Assembly (NCBI GenBank): GCA_002085115.1
Contig: MZGQ01000005.1
Span: 1,818 to 65,817, forward strand
Direction of reading: 5' to 3'
DNA length: 64,000 nucleotides
From: Desulfococcus sp. 4484_241
Lineage (GTDB): Bacteria > Desulfobacterota > Desulfobacteria > Desulfobacterales > Desulfosudaceae
Part shown: positions 26,495 to 36,242 of the stretch, in pieces
Position numbering within the stretch: position 1 is the stretch's first letter
Layout: each line of letters starts with the position of its first letter
The notes under the pieces: generated by a model
Databases searched by the model: none
Told to the model about the DNA's origin: nothing
The model's input: only the letters and a program-made list of their open reading frames with translations
Program-made: the position numbers and the translations under genes

Positions 26495-27460
26495 ATGAAA
26501 ACCGTGTCATTGGTTTTGGGAAGCGGTGGCGCAAGGGGGCTGGCCCATATCGGGGTTATCCACAAACTCGAGGAGAGCGGTTATGAGATTCGGTCTGTTG
26601 CAGGGTGCTCGATTGGTGCGCTGATTGGAGGCATATACGCGGCCGGCAAGCTGGACGAGTACGAGAAATGGGTTCGCGCCATAACCAAGATGGATATAGT
26701 CGCTCTCATGGATATCTCCTGGGGCAAGGGAGGACTGGTCAAGGGTGACAAGATTATAAACACACTCATAGATCTTGTTGGTGATGTTTTGATAGAGGAT
26801 CTCCCGATCCCCTTTACAGCAGTGGCTACCGACATCAAGAACGAAAAAGAGGTGTGGATACGCTCCGGCCCGCTTTTTGACGCAATACGGGCATCCATAT
26901 CCTTGCCGCTGTTTTTCACCCCGTTCAGGTACAACGGCGTCAGTCTTATCGATGGCGGTGTCCTTAATCCTGTGCCAATTGCCCCGACTTTTGGCGATAT
27001 GACCGACATTACAATAGCGGTGAACCTCGGCGGACCGGAAGAGAACCTTGAAAAGACCCGTGAAACTGCTGTAGAGCCTGAGCCGGAAGGCACATCCGGT
27101 TTTCAGGAAACCATAAGCCGTTTTATAAAGGGCCTAAGGAAATCGGAAACCGAAGAGCAGCAGGCTCAGGACCTTGGAGCTCTCGATATAATAAGCAGGT
27201 CATTTGACACGATGCAGGGCACGATCGCCAGGATAAAACTTGCGGCCTATCCGCCCGGCATGGTTATAGAGATTCCAAAGAACGCCTGCGGTCTTCTTGC
27301 ATTTGACCGGGCTGCCGAAATGATCGAACTGGGATATGAAAGGGCTGGCAAATACCTGGCAGCCATGCCTGATGCATCGGACAGGTATGGCTCTGCGGAA
27401 AACATGGAAGCCAGTGATGAAAATCAGAAAGAGAACAGTAGGGACCATGAAGAGAGATGA
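26495..27460 (+). CDS. Patatin-like phospholipase (RssA-type)
   Basis: ATG at 26495 preceded by AGGAGG. VLGSGGARGLAHIGV (oxyanion hole), GCSIGA (GXSXG nucleophile), IDGGVLNPVP (catalytic Asp). Confidence 0.85.
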   Translation: MKTVSLVLGSGGARGLAHIGVIHKLEESGYEIRSVAGCSIGALIGGIYAAGKLDEYEKWVRAITKMDIVALMDISWGKGGLVKGDKIINTLIDLVGDVLIEDLPIPFTAVATDIKNEKEVWIRSGPLFDAIRASISLPLFFTPFRYNGVSLIDGGVLNPVPIAPTFGDMTDITIAVNLGGPEENLEKTRETAVEPEPEGTSGFQETISRFIKGLRKSETEEQQAQDLGALDIISRSFDTMQGTIARIKLAAYPPGMVIEIPKNACGLLAFDRAAEMIELGYERAGKYLAAMPDASDRYGSAENMEASDENQKENSRDHEER

Positions 27461-27809
27461 TCCGGTAATTGAAAAAGACGTGGTCTTAATCCATTTTGAG
27501 GACAGCCCGGCTGCCTTTGCAAGGGTTGAGTCCATAACCGCGGATAACAAGAAGGACTGGTACAGGGTAAAGCTGCTTATTCTTGCGATACCTCTTCATC
27601 CTGTCACATGGATATTGAAGGAGGAGTATATCAACGGCTGCGAGTTTACGATGGATGGGAGGAGGGTCCGCCTGGAAAAAGTGCCTTATCCCCATGATTC
27701 GGATGAAAACCTCACACATGAGAGTCATAACCATGACAGCAGCGGTAACGGCCCGGAAGATGGAGGGCCCGGAGGCGCAAAGGTTATCCGGTTCCCGGGC
27801 AAAAAATAG
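27447..27809 (+). CDS. Hypothetical 120-aa protein, start overlapping the patatin stop
   Basis: MKRDDPVIEKDVVLIHFEDSPAAFARVESITADNKKDWYRVKLLILAIPLHPVTWILKEEYINGCEFTMDGRRVRLEKV... followed by a low-complexity tail. I recognise no family. Confidence 0.4.
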   Translation: MKRDDPVIEKDVVLIHFEDSPAAFARVESITADNKKDWYRVKLLILAIPLHPVTWILKEEYINGCEFTMDGRRVRLEKVPYPHDSDENLTHESHNHDSSGNGPEDGGPGGAKVIRFPGKK

Positions 27810-27855
27810 CCGGATTCCTGCCGGACCGTTGTTTTCTTTTACATGGCGGCAGTAA

Positions 27856-28731
27856 ATGAGCCATTCTTTCAAACAGGTCATATCGGCATCACGACGCACC
27901 GACATACCGGCTTTTTACATGGACTGGTTTATGGCCGGTATCAGAAGGGGCTTTTTTGAAGTAATAAACCCGTACAACGGGAAAAAGCGGCTGGTGCCTT
28001 CCGGACAGGATGAGGTACACACAATAGTTTTCTGGTCAAAAAATTTCGGACCGTTTCTGAACGGTGCCTATGGGGATACCCTTGAGTCGTTGGGATATAA
28101 CCTTTTTTTCAATTTTACGGTGAACTCAGAGGACAGGCTGCTTGAGCCCAACATCCCTCCCCTCGGTGAACGGCTCGTTCAGCTGGATATGCTGTGTTCC
28201 CGTTTTGGCCCTGAGCGTGTGCAGTGGCGTTTTGACCCCATATGCTTTTACCGGGAAGGCAGAGGCAGAAAAAAAAACAATATGCACGATTTTTCAAAGA
28301 TTGCGGAATCAGCGGCAGATGGCGGTGTCAGCCGGTGTGTAACCAGTTTTATGGACGTCTATCCCAAGGTGCTGCGCCGCGCAAAAGCGGCAGGGAACGT
28401 GTCGTTTGTCACGCCCGGCCTGGGTGAACAGGCAGATATTGTCAGACAGATGGCTGGGGAACTGCGCGGCTACGGTATATCCCTGTATCTGTGCTGCGAG
28501 AAAGAGCTGTTGGAATCGCTCCCCCCCGGTCTTGGGGTTTTGCCCGGCTCATGTATTCCAAACGACCTTTTCATGCATCTCGACGGCGGCTCACTCTCTC
28601 TTCGGTATGACCCAGGGCAGAGGCGGGCCCTTGGGTGCGGGTGCAGGGTCTCAGTTGATGTTGGATCTTACTCACTTCATCCCTGTTTTCACAACTGCCT
28701 GTTTTGCTATGCCAACCCTGCTTGTGGTTAG
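27856..28731 (+). CDS. DUF1848-family protein
   Basis: 291 aa. VISASRRTDIPAFYMDWFMAGIRRGFFEVINPYNGKKRLV, with a C-terminal cysteine cluster (CGCRVSVDVGSYSLHPCFHNCLFCYAN). Confidence 0.6.
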   Translation: MSHSFKQVISASRRTDIPAFYMDWFMAGIRRGFFEVINPYNGKKRLVPSGQDEVHTIVFWSKNFGPFLNGAYGDTLESLGYNLFFNFTVNSEDRLLEPNIPPLGERLVQLDMLCSRFGPERVQWRFDPICFYREGRGRKKNNMHDFSKIAESAADGGVSRCVTSFMDVYPKVLRRAKAAGNVSFVTPGLGEQADIVRQMAGELRGYGISLYLCCEKELLESLPPGLGVLPGSCIPNDLFMHLDGGSLSLRYDPGQRRALGCGCRVSVDVGSYSLHPCFHNCLFCYANPACG

Positions 28732-28777
28732 CCTATATGTTTTCAGGCCGGGTTTTCGAAACGGATACCTGTTTGCC

Positions 28778-29512
28778 TCAAGCGTGCTCCGGGCCAAGGA
28801 TTTCCTGCCACAGCCGCCTGTTTTCCCTGTTCATGGTATCTTCCAGGAGTTTGCGCTGGTTTTCGAACTTTTCAGGGTCTTTTGTCTTGTCCAGTTTTAT
28901 CATATCCCCGAACCGTATTACTGCCCGTGAGAACGGCTTTGGAATGAAAAACCTGTCCCAGCTGTTAAAAAACCATGACCTGTCGGCAGCCGTATAGAAT
29001 GGCACAATGACCGCGTCCGTGGCGTGCGCCATACGGATAATGCCCGGTTTTATCACGCCTGCCGGGCCCCGGGGGCCATCGACTATATGTGCACCCAGCC
29101 CGTTGATCTTCATGTTTCGGATCATCTGCTTTAATGCTGCGGCCCCTCCCCGTGATGATGAGCCGCGGACCGGGATCAGCCCGAAGAGCTGTGCCACTCC
29201 GGCAGCCATCTCACCGTCGTTGCTCCTGCTTATCATGACACTCAGGTTGTATTTGCCGTAGTTTGCGCTGTGGCGAATAATGGGAAAAAACTGCTGGTGG
29301 TAGCAGCACAAAAGCACGGTTCCGCCATTTTCAAGGTGATCGATCCACTGCTTTTCATTTTCTATCTTCAGGAAAAACAGGCGCGAGTAGGCGCGGATAA
29401 TCCAGTAGGCAAGCCTCTTGGCAAGATCGGTTCTTATAATTTTTTTAAAATCATACGCCATGAAAAACCAATTCCAGGTTGTATAAAAGTTTAAACCAGC
29501 AAAAGGAGCCAA
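28778..29512 (-). CDS. DUF374 / lysophospholipid-acyltransferase-family protein
   Basis: 244 aa. The TTG start at 29512 lies 7-8 nt after GGAGGAGG. ...GGTVLLCCYHQQFFP... (HX4-type motif), GLIPVRGSSSRGGAAALKQMI. Confidence 0.6.
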   Translation of the reverse strand: MAPFAGLNFYTTWNWFFMAYDFKKIIRTDLAKRLAYWIIRAYSRLFFLKIENEKQWIDHLENGGTVLLCCYHQQFFPIIRHSANYGKYNLSVMISRSNDGEMAAGVAQLFGLIPVRGSSSRGGAAALKQMIRNMKINGLGAHIVDGPRGPAGVIKPGIIRMAHATDAVIVPFYTAADRSWFFNSWDRFFIPKPFSRAVIRFGDMIKLDKTKDPEKFENQRKLLEDTMNRENRRLWQEILGPEHA

Positions 29513-29623
29513 AAAAATCCTCCTCCGGCAGATCCCACGTTAAATTTGATCTTGCAGGTTATTATAGCTTCTTGGTTACGTATTGCAAACCCGGTATCTG
29601 TGTTATTTTATTAACACGTCAAG

Positions 29624-29664
29624 TTGTCCGGTTGTTCTGACATATGAAATGTCCGGTTGGCTGA
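29624..29664 (+). repeat. Copy A of a conserved 41-bp intergenic element (two GTCCGGTTG half-sites 25 nt apart around GACATATGAAATGTC)
   Basis: TTGTCCGGTTGTTCTGACATATGAAATGTCCGGTTGGCTGA is 36/41 identical to 38410-38450, in the same orientation. It lies about 150 nt upstream of selA. Confidence 0.8.
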
Positions 29665-29816
29665 TTTGGCCCACCTTATATGTGAGGCATACCGATAAAA
29701 AGCGGCCATCCAGGATACCAGGGCACATCTTTCATTTTTTTTGCTTTGTGGTAGGATGACAGGATATGTTATGAAAACCGTGTGTTTGCTAAAACAGTGC
29801 TCACAGGTAAAAATAT

Positions 29817-31256
29817 ATGGAAACAAAAAAACAGCTTACCGACAAACAGCAAAAACAGCTTCGCCAGCTCCCTGGCATAGACACCATAATTGAGCGGCTG
29901 CAAAAGCGGAATGGCACCGGGAACATTCCTCCCGCTGTTCTTGCCAAAGCAGCCCGTGACACGGTATCAAACCTGCGTGCAGACATAAAAGAAAACGAAG
30001 ACGGTGTGCCAGAACAGTGGCTGGCACCTGAAAACCTGGAAAACATTGCGCTGCAAAAGGCGCAGGATGCCATGCGGCCGAACCTCAAGCCGCTTGTAAA
30101 CGGGACTGGAGTGGTAATACACACCAACCTGGGGCGATCCCCGCTTTGCAGACAGGCCATAGACCACCTGACCGCAGTCGCATCCGGTTACTCTAACCTC
30201 GAATTCGATCTTTCGGCTGGTAAACGCGGAATACGATACGCCTGTGTCGAGGAGCTCATATGTGAGTTTACCGGTGCACAGGCTGCCATGGCAGTCAACA
30301 ACAACGCAGGCGCTGTGCTGCTTGGAGTGGAAACTTTTGCAAGGGGACGCGAGGTCATAGTCTCCAGGGGAGAGCTGGTCGAAATAGGCGGTTCGTTCCG
30401 AATCCCTGACGTGATAAAAAAGAGCGGGGCCATATTAAAAGAGGTCGGAACCACTAACAGGACACACCTGAAGGACTATGAAAACGCAATATCGCCTGAT
30501 ACAGGAATGCTGCTGAAAGTTCACACCAGTAACTACGGTATGGTTGGTTTTACCGCTGAAGTCGGACTAAAGGAGCTTGCAGAGCTTGGCAAACGGCACA
30601 ACATCCCGGTTATGAACGACCTTGGCAGCGGCACACTTGTAGACCTGTCAAGATACGGCCTTGTGCGTGAGCCAACTGTTATGGATGCTGTTTCCACTGG
30701 GGCAGACCTGGTAACATTCAGCGGAGACAAGCTGCTCGGAGGGCCCCAGGCAGGCATACTGGTGGGCAAAAAAGAGATAATATCAAGTGTGCGCAGCAAT
30801 CCCCTGACCAGGGCCCTTCGCATCGACAAGCTGACCCTTGCAGCACTTGAGATGACATTACGCGCATACAGGGAGCCTGAAAAACTTGCTGACACGGTTC
30901 CCACGTTGCGCATGCTTGCCATGCCGGCCGGGGAGGTCCGCATCAAGGCTGAAATGCTGGCAAAAGAGCTTGAATCGATGGGAGACCGGCGGCTTGAGGC
31001 AAACGTGTTGCCGCTTGTTTCCAAACCGGGAGGAGGCGCCATGCCGTTTGTCGAGATACCAAGCAGCGGGGTCGCGGTAACTGTTGAAGGCTTTTCCCCC
31101 AACAGGCTTGAACAGGCTTTACGCAAAGCCGATCCTCCTGTTATAGGAAGAATAGAGGATGACCGGTTTGTGATAGACCTGAGAACGGTTGCAGAATCTG
31201 AACTTTCTGTTATAAAGAGTGCTTTTTGCATGCTGCTTGCAAAACACAAAATTTGA
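29817..31256 (+). CDS. selA: L-seryl-tRNA(Sec) selenium transferase
   Basis: 479 aa. LPGIDTII..., NLEFDL..GKRG.R, VNNNAGAVLL, FSGDKLLGGPQAGILVGKKE (PLP lysine region). Confidence 0.9.
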   Translation: METKKQLTDKQQKQLRQLPGIDTIIERLQKRNGTGNIPPAVLAKAARDTVSNLRADIKENEDGVPEQWLAPENLENIALQKAQDAMRPNLKPLVNGTGVVIHTNLGRSPLCRQAIDHLTAVASGYSNLEFDLSAGKRGIRYACVEELICEFTGAQAAMAVNNNAGAVLLGVETFARGREVIVSRGELVEIGGSFRIPDVIKKSGAILKEVGTTNRTHLKDYENAISPDTGMLLKVHTSNYGMVGFTAEVGLKELAELGKRHNIPVMNDLGSGTLVDLSRYGLVREPTVMDAVSTGADLVTFSGDKLLGGPQAGILVGKKEIISSVRSNPLTRALRIDKLTLAALEMTLRAYREPEKLADTVPTLRMLAMPAGEVRIKAEMLAKELESMGDRRLEANVLPLVSKPGGGAMPFVEIPSSGVAVTVEGFSPNRLEQALRKADPPVIGRIEDDRFVIDLRTVAESELSVIKSAFCMLLAKHKI

Positions 31257-31267
31257 GGATGTGTGAA

Positions 31268-31498
31268 ATGCCTATTTATGAATACCAATGTGATGAGTGC
31301 GGGAAACGCTTTGAGTCTCTTGTCATGGGCGGAAAAGAGCCAAAGGCCTGCGAACTGTGCGGTTCCAAATCGATCTACAGGTTAATGTCGGCATGCGCCT
31401 TTCAGACCAGGGATAAAAGCGGCCTTGTGACCAAAAGCTCGGCGGGAACCTCTTCATGCTCGGGATGCACGTCATCCTCCTGCTCAAACTGTTCTTAA
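31268..31498 (+). CDS. FmdB-family zinc-ribbon protein
   Basis: MPIYEYQCDECGKRFE...CELCGS, with a Cys/Ser-rich tail. GAGGA lies 10 nt upstream of the ATG. Confidence 0.75.
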   Translation: MPIYEYQCDECGKRFESLVMGGKEPKACELCGSKSIYRLMSACAFQTRDKSGLVTKSSAGTSSCSGCTSSSCSNCS

Positions 31499-31511
31499 CC
31501 GGATAAACCTG

Positions 31512-32453
31512 ATGGCACATGCCGGCAATATAAAGATAGGCACCAGGGGCAGCAAGCTGGCCCTTTGGCAAGCCGAATGGGTAAAAGCAAGGATCGAGGA
31601 ACGGTTTCCATCCTGCTGCGCGGAACTCGTGGTTATAAAAACACGTGGGGATAAAATCCTTGACGCACCTCTGGCCAAGATCGGGGGCAAGGGTCTGTTC
31701 GTCAAGGAGATCGAAGAGGCGCTCATGGATGGCCGGATAGACCTCGCGGTTCACAGCATGAAGGATATGCCGGCCGATATTCCGGAAGGTTTGTGTATAG
31801 GTGCTGTCCCTGTCCGTGAAACGCCCAACGATGCAATAGTATCAAGGAACGAAATACCGTTTTCAAAACTGCCTGAAGGCGCAAGGGTGGGCACAAGCAG
31901 CCTTCGCAGAAGTTCGCAACTGCTGAACGCAAGGCCTGACATATCGATAGCGCCTTTGCGGGGCAACATAGACACACGGCTTCGGAAACTGGAAACGGAG
32001 AATCTTGACGCCGTAATCCTGGCTGCGGCAGGACTGACGCGCCTGGGTATGGGAGACCGGATAACGGAGGAGCTTGACCCTGGAATACTGCTGCCTGCGG
32101 TAGCACAGGGTGCGCTTTGCATAGAAACAAGAGAAAACGACGCCAGAATCGCCCAGATAGTGAAAACGATCGACCATGATGACAGCCGCACGTCGGTTAC
32201 GGCTGAACGGGCCTTTCTGAAAAGGCTTGAGGGAGGATGTCAGGTTCCTATGGCCGCACTTGCCAGGGTCAGAGGGAGAACCATCTTTATGGAAGGCCTT
32301 GTTGCAGATATCGACGGGACCAGGATAATCAGGGACTCTGTATCCGGGAAAAGGAGTGACGCTTACGATCTTGGCACGACACTGGCGGAAAAACTGCTGG
32401 CAAGAGGCGCACAAAAGATACTAAACGACCTTATCGAAAAGGACAACCGTTAA
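31512..32453 (+). CDS. hemC: Hydroxymethylbilane synthase (porphobilinogen deaminase)
   Basis: 313 aa. IKIGTRGSKLALWQAEWV...TRGDKILD...GKGLFVKEIE...VHSMKD...LRGN.DTRL.KL. Confidence 0.92.
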   Translation: MAHAGNIKIGTRGSKLALWQAEWVKARIEERFPSCCAELVVIKTRGDKILDAPLAKIGGKGLFVKEIEEALMDGRIDLAVHSMKDMPADIPEGLCIGAVPVRETPNDAIVSRNEIPFSKLPEGARVGTSSLRRSSQLLNARPDISIAPLRGNIDTRLRKLETENLDAVILAAAGLTRLGMGDRITEELDPGILLPAVAQGALCIETRENDARIAQIVKTIDHDDSRTSVTAERAFLKRLEGGCQVPMAALARVRGRTIFMEGLVADIDGTRIIRDSVSGKRSDAYDLGTTLAEKLLARGAQKILNDLIEKDNR

Positions 32454-32454
32454 A

Positions 32455-33996
32455 ATGGCTGGCAAGGTATATCTCATAGGCGCGGGGCCCGGCGATCCGG
32501 GTCTTATCACCGTAAAAGGGACAGAATGTATAAAAAAGGCGGATGTAGTCGTATATGACTACCTTGCGGCTGATCAGCTGCTCCATCACTGCAGGCAGGG
32601 AGCTGAAACCATATACGTGGGCAAAAAGGGCGGAGACCACACGCTTTCCCAGGAAAAAATCAACGAGCTGATCACAGACAAGGCCAAACAGGGGCTGGTG
32701 GTTGCACGCCTGAAAGGCGGTGATCCGTTCATATTCGGCCGCGGTGGCGAAGAAGCTGAAATACTTGCCAAAAACGGTATAACGTTTGAGATAGTACCTG
32801 GAGTTACATCGGCAATAGCAGCGCCGGCCTATGCAGGCATCCCGCTCACACACAGGAAACACACTGCCTCTGTTTCGTTTGTTACAGGGCATGAAGACCC
32901 GACAAAACCGCATTCTTCGATAAACTGGCAGGCGCTGGCGCAGGGTGGCGGAACCCTTGTATTTCTCATGGGCGTTAAAAACCTGCCTGGTATTGCAGCA
33001 AGGCTGATTGAAAACGGCATGTCCCCTGACACGCCGGTGGCCCTGGTTCGTTGGGGAACCACCCCGAAACAGCGCACGGTGACAGGGACGCTCTCAGACA
33101 TTGTTGAAAAGGTCAAAAAAGCCGGGTTAACGGCTCCATGCGTTACAGTAATAGGAAACGTGGTCTCCCTGAGAGATGCAATAGGCTGGTTCGAGTCAAA
33201 ACCCCTTTTCGGCAGGACAATCGTGGTTACCAGGGCAAGGGCACAGGCAAGCGAGTTTACCCGCGCCCTTTCATCTCTCGGAGCCGAATGCATGGAGTGC
33301 CCCACGATCCGTGTCAGTGCACCACCTGACTTTTCAAGGCTGGACAGCGCGATTGGGGCACTGTCGTCGTACGACTGGCTGGTTTTCACAAGTGTCAACG
33401 GAGTGGAGTGGTTCTTCAGGCGTCTGTACGAAACGGGCAGGGACGTGCGTGCGCTGTGCTCCATAAAAACCGCCGTCATAGGCCCTGCCACGCAAAAAAA
33501 ATTATTGGAGTTCGGCATCAGAAGCGATATAGTGCCTGAAAGTTACAGGGCGGAATCCATAATAGACGCCTTTGGCGGACATGACCTTGAAGGGAAAAAG
33601 GTCCTGCTTCCCAGGGCTGCCGAGGCTCGGCCCATCCTCCCGGAAGAGCTTGCCAGGATGGGCGCCGTGGTTGACGAGATTCCGGCTTACGTTACAGTAG
33701 AGGACAACCGGGCTTCCGAAACCTTGTTGCCGGCCCTGAGGCGCGGCGAGATTGACATGGTGACCTTTACCAGCTCATCAACTGTCATAAACTTCAGAAA
33801 GCTCCTGCCGGAAGATGAAAAACAGGCCCGGCAACTGATGGAAAACGTGGCTGTTGCATCCATAGGTCCTATCACAACCGAAACCGCTCAGAAACAGGGA
33901 TTCAAGGTGGATATAACCGCATCTGTCTATACGATTAAAGGGCTTACAGATGCTATCACAGATTACTTCTCAGGACAGCAGGTGTTAAAGCAATAA
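32455..33996 (+). CDS. cobA: Bifunctional uroporphyrinogen-III C-methyltransferase / uroporphyrinogen-III synthase (CobA-HemD fusion)
   Basis: 513 aa. The N-terminal part has VYLIGAGPGDPGLITVKG...RLKGGDPFIFGRGGEE. The C-terminal ~250 aa are HemD-like (GRTIVVTRARAQASEF...). Confidence 0.88.
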   Translation: MAGKVYLIGAGPGDPGLITVKGTECIKKADVVVYDYLAADQLLHHCRQGAETIYVGKKGGDHTLSQEKINELITDKAKQGLVVARLKGGDPFIFGRGGEEAEILAKNGITFEIVPGVTSAIAAPAYAGIPLTHRKHTASVSFVTGHEDPTKPHSSINWQALAQGGGTLVFLMGVKNLPGIAARLIENGMSPDTPVALVRWGTTPKQRTVTGTLSDIVEKVKKAGLTAPCVTVIGNVVSLRDAIGWFESKPLFGRTIVVTRARAQASEFTRALSSLGAECMECPTIRVSAPPDFSRLDSAIGALSSYDWLVFTSVNGVEWFFRRLYETGRDVRALCSIKTAVIGPATQKKLLEFGIRSDIVPESYRAESIIDAFGGHDLEGKKVLLPRAAEARPILPEELARMGAVVDEIPAYVTVEDNRASETLLPALRRGEIDMVTFTSSSTVINFRKLLPEDEKQARQLMENVAVASIGPITTETAQKQGFKVDITASVYTIKGLTDAITDYFSGQQVLKQ

Positions 33997-34100
33997 GAAG
34001 AAAATCTGGAAAATGCCTGGATCCGGGCAAAAACAAAACCCGCATTTTCATAAATGAAACATCCATAGATAACATACCAAAAAACGCAGGAGAGACAATA

Positions 34101-36242
34101 ATGAAAAAACTTGACCCTATATTTTCACCACGTTCTGTAGCGGTTGTGGGCGCATCCGCCACACCCGGCAAGGTAGGGCACGACCTTTTTGAAAACATTC
34201 TTACCGGGCGGTTCACCGGAACACTTTATCCTGTAAACCCGAAGGCTGATTCCATTCTATGCGTCAAGGCATACCCGTCACTGCTCGAAATACCTGACAA
34301 TATAGATCTTGCCATGATAATCCTCCCTCCTCCTGCCACACTTGCAACAATCAAACAGTGCGTAGAAAAAAAGGTAAAAGGGATAGTGATCGTTTCGGCC
34401 GGTTTCAAGGAGGTGGGCGGTGAAGGCAAAAAGATCGAGGAAACAATCGCGGCTATCTGCAAAGAGGCCGGTATCCCCGTTGTTGGGCCGAACTGCCTTG
34501 GCGTCATCAACCCGGTTTCAAAAACAAGTCTTAACGCAAGCTTCTCCCGCCGCATGCCTAAACAGGGGAACATCTCCTTCATATCCCAGAGCGGGGCGCT
34601 TTGCACCGCTGTGCTCGATTTTGCGGAAGACATGGGAGTCGGATTCTCCAAGTTTGTCTCGACAGGCAACAAAGCGGATGTGGACGAGCTTGACCTTTTA
34701 CGCTACCTGCACCGCGACAAGGACACCAATGTCATAATGATGTACATAGAGGAGCTAAAGAGGGGCGGCCAGGAGTTCATAGACGTGGCCCGGGAAATCA
34801 CATCAGGCAAAAACCCCACCCCGATACTGGCAATAAAATCAGGAAAAACAAAGGCCGGTGCTGCCGCAGCATCCTCACATACCGGATCTATAGCCGGCTC
34901 TGAAGGTGTATACAACGCTATTTTCGATGAAAGCGGCATAATCCGGGTCTCATCGGTAAACGAGCTTTTCGATTATGCAACAGCTTTTACAGCAAAAAAG
35001 TTTCCACGCGGCAAGCGGATAGCCATAGTAACAAATGCCGGAGGGCCTGGAATCGTTGCAACTGACATGACCGAGGTGAGCGGCCTTGAGTTGGCAAAAT
35101 TTTCAGCCGAAACCACAGAGGCTCTTGCAAGCCACCTTCCACCGACAGCCAATATCCACAACCCTGTGGATGTTATAGGGGATGCCGACCCTGACCGTTA
35201 CCACCATGCCCTTGAATCTGTTGTAAACGACGAGAATACGGACGGTGCCCTGGTTATCCTGACGCCACAGTCCATGACAAACGCCATAAAGGTGGCCCAG
35301 GTGGTTTCCAAAATCGCCAAGCGCACACCAAAGCCGGTCGTATGTTCCTTCATGGGAGTTGTGGACGTTTCAGAGGGGGTGAGACACCTGCAAAAAAACC
35401 ATATACCGGTATACAAGTTTCCGGAAAACGCAGCCAAGGCACTTGCGGCACTCTATCGCTCGGAACAGTGGGTGCACCGCCAGAAACTTGCGCAGTTCAA
35501 GTTCTCCCACAACAAGAAACGCGCTAAGGAAATCATGAAAAAGTGCCTGGAGGATGGTATCTCCTACATGGGAGAGCTCGAGGGCAACGAGCTTCTGGCA
35601 TGCTACGGGTTTCCAGTGCTTCCATCCCGCCTTGCCGAAAACGCAAAACAGGCGTGCGAGACCGCAGAAGAGATCGGCTATCCTGTTGTTTTAAAAATCG
35701 TTTCACCTCAGATAATCCACAAGTCGGACGCCGGGGGAGTAAAGGTCAACCTCAAAACCCCGCAGGAGGTTAAATCCGCTTTTGAGGATATAGTTAAAAA
35801 CGCCAAAAACTATGATCCAAACGCGGTTATCAGGGGGGTGCTTGTCCAGAAGATGGCGCCTGACGGCATGGAGGTTATAATGGGGGTAAAGCGTTATCCC
35901 GGGTTCGGTCATCTTATAATGTTCGGCCTTGGAGGGATATTCGTGGAACTGTTTAAGGACGTTGTATTCCGTCTCGCCCCCATAGGCAGAAACAATGCGG
36001 TGCGAATGATAAAATCGATCCACTCGTTTCCCATGCTCGATGGCTTCAGGGGAAAACCAAAATGCGATATAGAGATAATTCAAAAACTTTTGGTTTGCCT
36101 TTCAGACATGGTGATTGACAACCCATTGATATCGGAGCTGGATATAAATCCGCTTATAGTTCATGAACAGGGCAAGGGGGCAACGGTGGCAGACCTGAGA
36201 ATAATAATAGACCCGATTGAAACAAAACCCCAAAAGAAATGA
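34101..36242 (+). CDS. ADP-forming acetyl/acyl-CoA synthetase (fused CoA-binding/ligase alpha and ATP-grasp beta domains)
   Basis: 713 aa. PRSVAVVGAS..PGKVGH, SQSGAL, the phosphohistidine region SHTGSIAG, and a C-terminal ATP-grasp domain (GYPVVLKIVSPQIIHKSDAGGVKVNL). Confidence 0.85.
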   Translation: MKKLDPIFSPRSVAVVGASATPGKVGHDLFENILTGRFTGTLYPVNPKADSILCVKAYPSLLEIPDNIDLAMIILPPPATLATIKQCVEKKVKGIVIVSAGFKEVGGEGKKIEETIAAICKEAGIPVVGPNCLGVINPVSKTSLNASFSRRMPKQGNISFISQSGALCTAVLDFAEDMGVGFSKFVSTGNKADVDELDLLRYLHRDKDTNVIMMYIEELKRGGQEFIDVAREITSGKNPTPILAIKSGKTKAGAAAASSHTGSIAGSEGVYNAIFDESGIIRVSSVNELFDYATAFTAKKFPRGKRIAIVTNAGGPGIVATDMTEVSGLELAKFSAETTEALASHLPPTANIHNPVDVIGDADPDRYHHALESVVNDENTDGALVILTPQSMTNAIKVAQVVSKIAKRTPKPVVCSFMGVVDVSEGVRHLQKNHIPVYKFPENAAKALAALYRSEQWVHRQKLAQFKFSHNKKRAKEIMKKCLEDGISYMGELEGNELLACYGFPVLPSRLAENAKQACETAEEIGYPVVLKIVSPQIIHKSDAGGVKVNLKTPQEVKSAFEDIVKNAKNYDPNAVIRGVLVQKMAPDGMEVIMGVKRYPGFGHLIMFGLGGIFVELFKDVVFRLAPIGRNNAVRMIKSIHSFPMLDGFRGKPKCDIEIIQKLLVCLSDMVIDNPLISELDINPLIVHEQGKGATVADLRIIIDPIETKPQKK

